DNA of 20,834 nucleotides from a virus (Duplodnaviria; Heunggongvirae; Uroviricota; Caudoviricetes): IMG/VR virus record IMGVR_UViG_3300030310_000016; one strand, 5' to 3'. Shown piece by piece: positions 1 to 6,889 of this stretch (position 1 is its first letter; each line of letters starts with the position of its first letter). The notes under the pieces were generated by a model. It saw only the letters and a program-made list of their open reading frames with translations, ran no database searches and was not told where the DNA came from. The position numbers and the translations under genes were made by a program.

Positions 1-324
1 GTTGTAAACGAATGAGTAAAGAGCGCCGCGCGTTGTTTCCGGTATATCGACTTTGATGTACGGGTTAATTTGTCTGGCGACCGTGGCAAGGTCTTTATTC
101 AAGAGTGTTTTGCATTCTGCTTTGGTATACGTTTTACCGAGCATGATGTCTTTTCCTGTATGCCCGTGACATACAGTCCATACACCAACAATATCTTTGT
201 ATGGTATGTAGCTGACACCTTCCAGACCATCGTTACCACTTGGGCCAGTGATTAACACTGATGCTATAGCAATTGCTCCGCCACCAATAGCAGCAGCAAC
301 GACTTTTCGTAATGATGGAGGCAT
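1..324 (-). CDS. SAR endolysin (phage 21 R-type lysozyme), N-terminal 108 codons; the 3' end lies beyond the window start
   Basis: Minus-strand translation from the ATG at 322..324 reads [59 protein letters not shown]..., a Gly/Ala-rich signal-anchor-release N-terminus followed by a lysozyme-like region. Its start overlaps the holin stop (TAATG) and a GGAGG lies upstream. No stop is reached before position 1. Confidence 0.85.
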   Translation of the reverse strand, partial: MPPSLRKVVAAAIGGGAIAIASVLITGPSGNDGLEGVSYIPYKDIVGVWTVCHGHTGKDIMLGKTYTKAECKTLLNKDLATVARQINPYIKVDIPETTRGALYSFVYN

Positions 325-539
325 TATTCACCTCTCGCAGCCTTGCGCTTATCTTCTTTAATCTTGAAATAAAGGTTTGTCAGGTACGTCAGCAGGCCAA
401 ATACCAGACTACCCAGCACACCGATTGCAGCCCACTGTGACGGAGTTACTCTATCGAGCAACTGTAAAAACCAGTAGCCAGCACTGCCTGCGGAGGTGCC
501 GTAGGCAATGCCTGTTGAAATTTTGTCCATGGATTTCAT
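324..539 (-). CDS. class II holin, S21-type pinholin (71 aa from MKSMDK; second start 3 codons downstream)
   Basis: The ORF-track protein ends ...[71 protein letters not shown], with two TM segments and a charged C-terminus as recalled for phage 21 S. GGAGGTGAGG sits 3 nt upstream of the ATG at 537..539. The upstream extension to 596 has no ribosome-binding site. Confidence 0.85.
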   Translation of the reverse strand: MKSMDKISTGIAYGTSAGSAGYWFLQLLDRVTPSQWAAIGVLGSLVFGLLTYLTNLYFKIKEDKRKAARGE

Positions 540-643
540 AGCCTCACCTCCGCACGGAACGGATGGCATAGTTATTATGTGTAGGCTTTCAGACACATCA
601 ATCAGAGCCTTAATTGATATATATGCTGGAGACGATGCAATAT

Positions 644-669
644 AAAAAGCTCGCCGTAGCGAGCTAATA
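644..669 (-). terminator. putative rho-independent terminator between the lipoprotein moron and the holin
   Basis: Stem AGCTCGC / GCGAGCT (648..654 and 659..665) with loop CGTA, flanked by A-run and T-run; on the minus strand the hairpin is followed by TTTTTAT. Confidence 0.4.
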
Positions 670-790
670 AAATGTATTTCTCTGATATTATGTTTATTTG
701 TATTAGCTCAGACTTGACATCACAGGTTTCGTATATAGAACATCATCAAATCTGTCAGTTTGCTATGAATGAGATATAGTAATTGAAGAG

Positions 791-1186
791 CTAACCTCGC
801 ATGTCAAAGCCAGATTTCTGAAAATCTCTGTAGACTTCCGGATTGTTGAAGGCCGGAAATTTGGCTTTATGAGCTGCGGACTTTATCGCTTCGCAATAGG
901 CTTTATCACCGTTACTGGTAGATATTTTTAACGCCGTGCCATCCTGAGAGAATTCCATATGCAACCTGCATTTTTTCCCTTTCCAGTTATGCGGCTCATC
1001 AAGTTTGGCATTAATTGCAGCTCTGATTCCCCGCGCTTGCGCCCCCCATTCATCCTGATCATCCCAGCGTCCTGAACTGCAACTACCTGTAGCAGTAGTT
1101 TTGTGGCAATCTGAAGGGTGTAAAGGTGTGCATCCCGCAACAAAACCGACCCAAAAAGTCAACATAACGATTTTCTTTAATCCCAC
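791..1186 (-). CDS. outer-membrane-type lipoprotein with TolA C-terminal (domain III)-like domain
   Basis: GTG start at 1184..1186 with GAGGAG 6 nt upstream. Signal peptide MGLKKIVMLTFWVGFVAGC with lipobox VAGC and Thr at +2. The C-terminal 60 residues (GKKCRLHMEFSQDGTALKISTSNGDKAYCEAIKSAAHKAKFPAFNNPEVYRDFQKSGFDMR) align by eye with the recalled TolA domain III motif GK.C.L......G.L........D..LC.A.......A.IP.PP...VY.VF.....DFKP. Confidence 0.7.
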   Translation of the reverse strand: MGLKKIVMLTFWVGFVAGCTPLHPSDCHKTTATGSCSSGRWDDQDEWGAQARGIRAAINAKLDEPHNWKGKKCRLHMEFSQDGTALKISTSNGDKAYCEAIKSAAHKAKFPAFNNPEVYRDFQKSGFDMRG

Positions 1187-1336
1187 TTCTTGCTCCTCAA
1201 TCCATTAAAATCTCAGCAATAGTAGTTGTTACGTCCGCCACTGGCTCAGAGCTGACTATCCGCTAAATTTAGCTCAGTGCCGTAGCTGTGTCAGAACAAA
1301 CCTAAGCCGAAACCGTTTATTACAAAACAATAAATA

Positions 1337-1765
1337 TCAGGGTTTAAAATCCAGCACCCCATTTTGAAATACTTTATATACTTCCGGCGAAGGGGGGGCA
1401 GGTATATCAGCATTCTTTATCGCATTCATCGCTTCACGACATAAATCGAGGTCTCCACTTTCTCTTTTAACCTCCAGTAGAAGGCCATTCGGGGCCATAT
1501 GCATTCTCAGTGTACACTCTTTTCCTGAATACTTACTCGCATCCCCGAACTGTTTTTCGATGGCGCTCTTGATTTGATGGGCATACAGACGGATATCCTC
1601 ACTAACATCAGAAGTACGTTCAGATGAACTCACATACTGTGTCTCTATTGCTTTATCGGAGTAATATGATGTACGGTCATGATAATTTGTCGATACAGCA
1701 TCAGTGCACCCGATAATAATCCCACTAATAATCAACGTAAGAATTGATGCGCTACGAAAACCCAT
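1337..1765 (-). CDS. outer-membrane-type lipoprotein with TolA C-terminal (domain III)-like domain, paralog of 791..1186
   Basis: ATG at 1763..1765 with GAGGA upstream. Signal peptide with lipobox IIGC and Thr at +2. The C-terminus YAHQIKSAIEKQFGDASKYSGKECTLRMHMAPNGLLLEVKRESGDLDLCREAMNAIKNADIPAPPSPEVYKVFQNGVLDFKP closely matches the recalled E. coli TolA C-terminus (YAGQIKSAIESKFYDASSYAGKTCTLRIKLAPDGMLLDIK...PPSQAVYEVFKNAPLDFKP). Confidence 0.75.
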   Translation of the reverse strand: MGFRSASILTLIISGIIIGCTDAVSTNYHDRTSYYSDKAIETQYVSSSERTSDVSEDIRLYAHQIKSAIEKQFGDASKYSGKECTLRMHMAPNGLLLEVKRESGDLDLCREAMNAIKNADIPAPPSPEVYKVFQNGVLDFKP

Positions 1766-1927
1766 TTTTCCTCACATATGTCATATAGTAAAGGATTATA
1801 TATACCGTTGTTTTGGACGCTCAAACAGCGAATCAGATCAAATAAAACGCACATTTGTTAACATTTACACAAAGTCTGCGTGGGATATTCTGAAAGAATA
1901 TCCATAATGTGGAGAGAATCTATTGAA

Positions 1928-2034
1928 GTGCATGGTGCCGGGTGCCTCCCGGTGAACAAAATGTTCGTGATACCTGTCGGCGACAGAAAAGGTTAATGGT
2001 ATCACCCCACCGCACAGGGGGATTCACCATGCAG
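1928..2034. other. nested inverted-repeat cluster (candidate structured RNA or protein-binding DNA element)
   Basis: 9-bp closing pair GTGCATGGTG (1928..1937) with CACCATGCA (2025..2033), enclosing hairpins CCGGG-TGCCT-CCCGG (1938..1952), GAACA-AAA-TGTTC (1954..1966), GTGATACC (1967..1974) paired with GGTATCAC (1998..2005) around the palindrome CTGTCG-G-CGACAG (1974..1986), and CCCC-ACCGCACA-GGGG (2005..2020). Confidence 0.25.
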
Positions 2035-2356
2035 GAGTTTTCTTAGCAAACTCACTGCGCGCCCGGCAACTCCCAACCACATAAAATGCGGAGTTTGTGG
2101 TATTTATGCATATAACTCGCAGGAATTATCTTAAAAAACTGATGTCGATCCGGATTAAAAAGAAGCAGGTCATCATCAGATGACTGGAAAAAAGGAAAAC
2201 AAAAAATACTCATCATACAGTTTTGATTGCAGGGATGAGCCTGCTATGCACAATATGCAGAATATAAGCAAGATAAAAATATGCAGGCATATTATTTCGG
2301 ATTTTGTTATTAACACAACCTTTTTAATAATCATTTGGCATACAATAAACCAGCCC

Positions 2357-2383
2357 AAAAAGAACCGCCTAAACAGGCGGTTG
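2357..2383 (-). terminator. putative rho-independent terminator (minus strand)
   Basis: Stem AACCGCCT / AGGCGGTT (2363..2370 and 2375..2382) with loop AAAC; on the minus strand it is followed by CTTTTTGGG. Confidence 0.4.
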
Positions 2384-2635
2384 GTCAATACAAAGGATGC
2401 TTCGTCTTTATTATAGTAATCTGAGGCGTCGGGTGTCTTGTATCAGACAACATATTGTCCCGCTAAACAGCGAATTACAAACCACCCTGCAATGATCTCT
2501 CATCTCATTTTATATGAGTTGACGACATCAGGATAACGCATCATCAGCCCCTGCCAAGAAATATCAAAACTCCCGCCAGCAATGTGTTATCACAATATTG
2601 TAAAAAAACACAGCACCGAAACTATAACTGGTCTC

Positions 2636-2644
2636 TGTTATAAT
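2636..2644 (+). promoter_or_regulatory. extended -10 element TGtTATAAT flanked by a 9-bp inverted repeat (candidate small-RNA promoter and operator)
   Basis: TGTTATAAT at 2636..2644 lies between inverted repeats AACTGGTCT (2626..2634) and AGACCAGTT (2656..2664); a bidirectional terminator follows about 60 nt downstream. No good -35 was found. Confidence 0.25.
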
Positions 2645-2701
2645 TTGGAGCAGAAAGACCAGTTGCCCAACTAGCAGCATTCTCCCCTGCTTTCCTGACG
2701 T

Positions 2702-2728
2702 AAAAAAACCGCATTAAGCGGTTTTTTT
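2702..2728 (-). terminator. tR'-like bidirectional intrinsic terminator immediately downstream of the Q-like gene
   Basis: AAAAAAACCGC-ATTAA-GCGGTTTTTTT is a perfect hairpin flanked by A7 and T7, so it can terminate on either strand. It lies about 80 nt downstream of the stop of the 180-aa Q-like gene on the minus strand, the position lambdoid phages use for tR'. Confidence 0.5.
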
Positions 2729-2808
2729 ACGATGTCCATGTCTGCAATCCGCCTCGCGATACAGCTTTGCGAAGCATAGCAAAATTGAAGCAGTTTATAC
2801 GTAAGAAA

Positions 2809-3351
2809 TCAAGCCATTTTCTCAGCAAATGATTCACGCATGGGAATATATAGGGCATACTCAGCAACAGCTAACCAATTAGCAATCCGTTTTTCGCATG
2901 TGCTAAAACACCACTCTGGGTGTGCATCATTTAGCAATTCAGCCATTTTGCGCTTAGTCATCCCCCGCCCTTCATAGCGTTGCCGGAGAATGCAAATCAA
3001 TCCTGGATGCTCTGCCAGCACCTCACTTATGACTCGATCAATACATAACGCCTCTGCATCAGTACAATGCGCCAGCCAGCTCTTTTGCTTGCCGTTGATC
3101 ATCTCTCGCAAAAACGCTTCCAGCTCAGCTTTCTCTATTCCCGCTTTTTTCATTCTGCGCAGGGCTTCATTAATGGCTGTTTTCGTCAGTTTTTTGGATG
3201 CCAACAACTGATTGAACATATTCCCTGACCTGCCACCGCCAATATACGACCAGCGCCCCCACATACGTAGTTTTCCCTGAATCCAGACACTTTCCAGCGT
3301 GGTGAGGCGAAGGTGTTCTCCGCTTTTTCCTGTATTCGTTGGGTAAATCAT
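2809..3351 (-). CDS. putative late-gene antiterminator (Q-like), 180 aa
   Basis: Last gene of a translationally coupled nin-like operon (ATGA overlap with the upstream gene) and directly followed by a strong intrinsic terminator and then the moron/lysis region. The call is by position; I do not recognise the sequence as lambda Q. Confidence 0.5.
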   Translation of the reverse strand: MIYPTNTGKSGEHLRLTTLESVWIQGKLRMWGRWSYIGGGRSGNMFNQLLASKKLTKTAINEALRRMKKAGIEKAELEAFLREMINGKQKSWLAHCTDAEALCIDRVISEVLAEHPGLICILRQRYEGRGMTKRKMAELLNDAHPEWCFSTCEKRIANWLAVAEYALYIPMRESFAEKMA

Positions 3352-3638
3352 AAATGACCTTTCTTTCTCCAGATTTCTTGTGTGCGAAAAACCCCTTCAG
3401 CATGCATCAGGCGCAATTCTTCTTTGGTGTAATCGCTGGTTTTTACCCGCCCGTCGATTAGATCGTGGCATGAGCTACAGGCTATCGCCGCCTGCATATC
3501 GTGTGGTTTTGTCGCTGTTCCGCACGTCCCCGCCAGCCTGTAATGCGCCAGCACAGAGGTTTCGGGATTGTGATTGCAGTAGCCAGGGATTCTGATCTGG
3601 CACATCTGGCCTTTAGCCGCTTTACGTAAATTCACCAT
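3348..3638 (-). CDS. DUF1364 / YbcO-like nin-region protein (96 aa, Cys-rich; putative nuclease)
   Basis: The translation (...CQIRIPGYCNHNPETSVLAHYRLAGTCGTATKPHDMQAAIACSSCHDLIDG...) matches my recollection of E. coli DLP12 YbcO-family proteins found between replication genes and Q; start and stop overlap the neighbouring genes. Confidence 0.6.
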   Translation of the reverse strand: MVNLRKAAKGQMCQIRIPGYCNHNPETSVLAHYRLAGTCGTATKPHDMQAAIACSSCHDLIDGRVKTSDYTKEELRLMHAEGVFRTQEIWRKKGHL

Positions 3639-4237
3639 TACGCAAACTCCAGTAGTTGTGCGGCCACATTTTCAACTTCCTCCTGAGAGGAGAATTTACG
3701 AAACAGAATCCAGTTCCACAGCACATTCAGTACAGATTTATAAACCTGCTGAAACTCGACTTCGTCCATATTCGCAAAAGCGATGGATTTTGCCCGACGC
3801 CCACGGCTACCGTCCGGATAAATATGCTCGGTGTAAAATCCGGCCTGAATGGTTACCCACTCGCGGAAAGCCTCAAACGACTTTAGCAACGCCGTATCCC
3901 GGGTTCTACGAGTCGCAACGGTGTTAAGGTATTGCTCTGCGGCATCACTCAGGGCTGGCGTGTGTTCCCGACCAACTGATTCGCACAGGTAATCAACGAA
4001 ACCAGACAGCAGTTCTCGTTCGCGAGGCGTGATCGCCCCACCGACCGGAGTCCAGTAATCGAATCCCAGTTGCAGGAGTTTGAAAAAACGCTTGTGGAAT
4101 GCGTAGTTACGCACACGCTTAAAGTCTGCGTGTATCCACTCACCTATTTTGATTTGATGCAGAAAATCGCAACTCTCCGGCGTCGCCGGGAGAAGTAAAC
4201 CAGAAGAAGTTTGTTTGACCAGTTGTATATGCGCCAT
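3638..4237 (-). CDS. nin-region phage protein of unknown function (199 aa; possibly DUF1367-like)
   Basis: A long ORF in the same orientation, coupled to the downstream DUF1364 gene, with coding-like composition; no motif I can name with confidence. Confidence 0.55.
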   Translation of the reverse strand: MAHIQLVKQTSSGLLLPATPESCDFLHQIKIGEWIHADFKRVRNYAFHKRFFKLLQLGFDYWTPVGGAITPRERELLSGFVDYLCESVGREHTPALSDAAEQYLNTVATRRTRDTALLKSFEAFREWVTIQAGFYTEHIYPDGSRGRRAKSIAFANMDEVEFQQVYKSVLNVLWNWILFRKFSSQEEVENVAAQLLEFA

Positions 4238-4517
4238 TTCTCAATCTCTCGATGGCGCAGCGCAGCAGATGCCAGTTGTTCAGGCTGACGAATAAAGTAT
4301 AAATAAACTGGCTATGGTGTAAAGCCCCACATAGCATGAACAAACACTACATATCAAATAGCTGGTACAAGGATAGAAATACGACATTTATTATTAAAAA
4401 CGATTAGATAAATTACATTTTAATGTTATGCAAAAGTTCTTTTTTATCATAACATTTCAATAAAAGCATTACAGATGCAATCATCCCGTCATCATCAATT
4501 ATTTAAGGTGGTTAAAC

Positions 4518-4604
4518 ATGGAAAATAACAAGTTCGCACATCTCGCTCCTTTTTTATCCGTAATCCTTTTCGCTTGTTGTTTTATATGGGCATTATTTTT
4601 ATAA
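4518..4604 (+). CDS. candidate small hydrophobic protein (28 aa, MENNKFAHLAPFLSVILFACCFIWALFL)
   Basis: ATG at 4518 is preceded by AAGGTGG with a 6-nt spacer. It encodes a single predicted TM helix and sits in an otherwise ORF-free AT-rich island; it is below the 60-aa ORF-track cutoff. Confidence 0.25.
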   Translation: MENNKFAHLAPFLSVILFACCFIWALFL

Positions 4605-5012
4605 AGTAGCCACATGATAAGTTGCTGGAATCATATTTCCCACTCAAGTCATTAACATTTGATAAGATATATCTAAAAGGACGCCTTTACATTATTTATG
4701 TGTATATAATTTATTTATATACACAGTAAAGGTATCCTGGGAAAATATTTATCGTTAAAAAATACATCATAAATAATTAAGCTGAAATTTCAGAACACAA
4801 CTAATACACACAATAAGGTTCAGTAACAATAATCTATGTGGACTACATCGAGATTTTTTGATTAAACTTTAATAACTTATTCCTAACACACAGAATGCAT
4901 AAACTAAAAGTAAAACAAATAGTTATACGAAAAACAACCATATTTATTATATCTTCTCCTCTAATCAACATATCAATTATGTGTTTCATAACAGCTTGAC
5001 ATAACCCTCAAA

Positions 5013-5035
5013 AACACGCATTTATAATGCATGTT
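5013..5035 (+). promoter_or_regulatory. NsrR-box-like 11-1-11 palindrome overlapping a TATAAT -10 hexamer upstream of the YeaR-like gene
   Basis: AACACGCATTT-A-TAATGCATGTT resembles the recalled NsrR consensus (AAGATGCATTT-n-AAATGCATCTT). TATAAT is at 5023..5028 and TTGACA at 4996..5001, but the 21-bp spacer is non-optimal. Confidence 0.35.
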
Positions 5036-5050
5036 TTTGAGGAGGTGGTT

Positions 5051-5389
5051 ATGACACACAAGAGAATTCCTAAAGATTGGGTAATCAAACGCTCAACTCC
5101 GTTCTTCACAAAAGAGAACGTACCTTCAGCGTTATTAACACATCATAATACAGCAGCAGGTGTTTTTGGGCAGTTGTGCGTAATGGAAGGCACTGTAACA
5201 TATTATGGTTTTACTGATGAGAATGCTACTGAACCGGAGATAAAAGTAGTCATTAATGCTGGCGCTTTTGCAACAAGCCCACCACAATACTGGCACCGTG
5301 TTGAACTAAGCGATGATGCTCAGTTTAATATTAACTTTTGGGTCGCTCCAGACTTCTCGGGCGAAAAAGTCTATAGCACCAAAAAATAG
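5051..5389 (+). CDS. YeaR-like DUF1971 protein (TehB N-terminal-like), 112 aa
   Basis: ATG at 5051 is preceded by GAGGAGGTGG. The translation (KRIPKDWVIKRSTPFFTKENVPSALLTHHNTAAGVFGQLCVMEGTVTYYGFTDENATEPE...INFWVAP) parallels the recalled E. coli YeaR sequence. The ORF-track start at 5027 lacks a ribosome-binding site. Confidence 0.75.
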   Translation: MTHKRIPKDWVIKRSTPFFTKENVPSALLTHHNTAAGVFGQLCVMEGTVTYYGFTDENATEPEIKVVINAGAFATSPPQYWHRVELSDDAQFNINFWVAPDFSGEKVYSTKK

Positions 5390-5418
5390 ATGATCATATT
5401 AAAAATGCTTTAACAGTC

Positions 5419-5455
5419 AGACCCGGCAGGGCTATCCCCGACGGGTCTCATTTTT
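5419..5455 (+). terminator. putative rho-independent terminator of the YeaR-like gene
   Basis: Stem AGACCCG / CGGGTCT (5419..5425 and 5442..5448) followed by CATTTTTG. Confidence 0.45.
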
Positions 5456-5726
5456 GTAAATATATTGGTTCTACATTGACAGGAGACTTCAACCATAAGA
5501 AGTAATCTGAATACTTGAGCAATAAATTTACTTAAGATTAATGAGCGCACCTTGCCGGACAAAGATAAACCAAGGTAACACCTTTTTTCTAGCCAGTATG
5601 TAATCAATCAGAAAGCCGCTCCATAAGAACAACAGCAAGACAATAAATTGCCATTACAGCCGCAATAGCCAGCGCACATTTGAGAACCAGCACGACTGAT
5701 CCTACCCACGTAATATGGACACAGGC

Positions 5727-6593
5727 CTAAGCGAGGTTCTTGTTTTCAAATTGTTCCGGACTGAGGCCGCCACACCAACTGTGCCGCCGCCACCGATTGT
5801 AATCACATTCGATATAATTAAACACCGTTGCCCGCATTATTTCCCGGCTGATAAAGTGTTCTCCATGGATACATTCCACTTTCAGCGAATGAAAGAAGCT
5901 TTCCACGCAGGCATTATCGTAGCAGCAACCTTTTGCGCTCATACTTCCACGCAGATTATGCCGCTTCAGTTGCGCCTGATAATCTGCTGAACAGTACTGG
6001 CCTCCACGGTCCGTGTGAACGATAACGTTCCGGGGCCTCTTACGCCGCCACAGCGCCATCTGCAGGGCATCGCAGGCCAGTTGCGCCGTCATGCGTGGCG
6101 ACATTGACCAGCCAATAACGGCACGTGACCACAGGTCAATGACCACTGCCAGATACAGCCAGCCTTCATCTGTACGTAAGTACGTGATGTCTCCTGCCCA
6201 CTTCTGGTTCGGGCCACTGGCGTAAAAATCCTGCTCCAACAGATTTTCTGACACAGGCAGGCCGTGTGCGCGGTAGCTGACCGGGCTGAACTTCCGGGAG
6301 GCCTTTGCCCTCAGTCCCTGACGGCGCAGGCTTGCCGCCACGGTTTTTACGTTAAAGGGGTAACCCTGAGCACGCAGTTCATCCGTCAGGCGTGGGGCAC
6401 CGTAACGCTGTTTTGACCGGGTAAAAGCCGCGAGGACAACGCTGTCGCAGTGTTGGCGGAACTGCTGACGCGTGCTTATCCTTGTCCGCCGCTGACACCA
6501 CGTATACCAGCCGCTGCGGGCCACCCGGAGCACGCGGCACATTGCTTTGATGCTGAACTCAGCCTGATGTTTTTCAATAAAGACATACTTCAT
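5727..6593 (-). CDS. insF: IS3 OrfB (InsF), DDE integrase-type transposase catalytic component, probably expressed as an OrfAB fusion by -1 frameshifting
   Basis: A 288-aa ORF with an rve-like core (...[42 protein letters not shown]...), overlapping the orfA 3' end in the -1 frame. Confidence 0.9.
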
Positions 6594-6889
6594 TTCAGGC
6601 GCTTCGCGAAGTATGTCGCGGCCTTTTGGAGGATAGCCAGCTCTTCATCCCGTTCTGCCAGCTGGCGTTTGAGACGTGCAATCTCGGTAGACATCTCCAG
6701 TTCACGTTCAGAAGACGTCTGCTGATTTTGCTGTTTACTGCGCCAGTTGTAGAGTTGTGATTCATACAGGCTGAGTTCACGGGCTGCGGCAGTAACACCG
6801 ATGCGTTCAGCAAGCTTCAGGGCTTCACTGCGAAATTCAGGCGAATGCTGTTTACGGGGTTTTTTACTGGTTGATACTGTTTTTGTCAT
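6590..6889 (-). CDS. insE: IS3 OrfA (InsE), HTH transposase N-terminal component
   Basis: The translation [53 protein letters not shown]... matches IS3 InsE as recalled. The ATG at 6887..6889 is the likely true start rather than the upstream GTG used by the ORF track. Confidence 0.9.

Noticed and set aside
70-255. 61-aa plus-strand ORF
   Set aside because: It lies antisense within the well-supported endolysin coding region and has no ribosome-binding site; it is most likely a shadow ORF.
928-1143. 71-aa minus-strand ORF overlapping the lipoprotein gene in another frame
   Set aside because: It is nested inside the 791..1186 gene, whose frame has the signal peptide, lipobox and TolA-like domain.
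2176-2416. Two overlapping antisense ORFs of 70 and 78 aa in the AT-rich Q-to-moron spacer
   Set aside because: Low-complexity, AT-driven translations (Ile/Lys/Asn/Phe-rich) with no start signals; they mirror each other on opposite strands.
1900-2800. Possible tRNA genes or a toxin cassette in the Q-to-S interval, as in Stx phages
   Set aside because: No tRNA-like T-arm or acceptor signatures and no ORFs with AB5-toxin features were seen; the interval instead carries the lipoprotein morons and structured non-coding DNA.
3170-3403. 77-aa ORF overlapping the Q-like and DUF1364 genes
   Set aside because: An alternative frame inside two coupled, better-supported genes.
5410-5607. 65-aa minus-strand ORF downstream of the YeaR-like gene
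   Set aside because: It overlaps the terminator hairpin of the YeaR-like gene, has no ribosome-binding site and has low-complexity composition.
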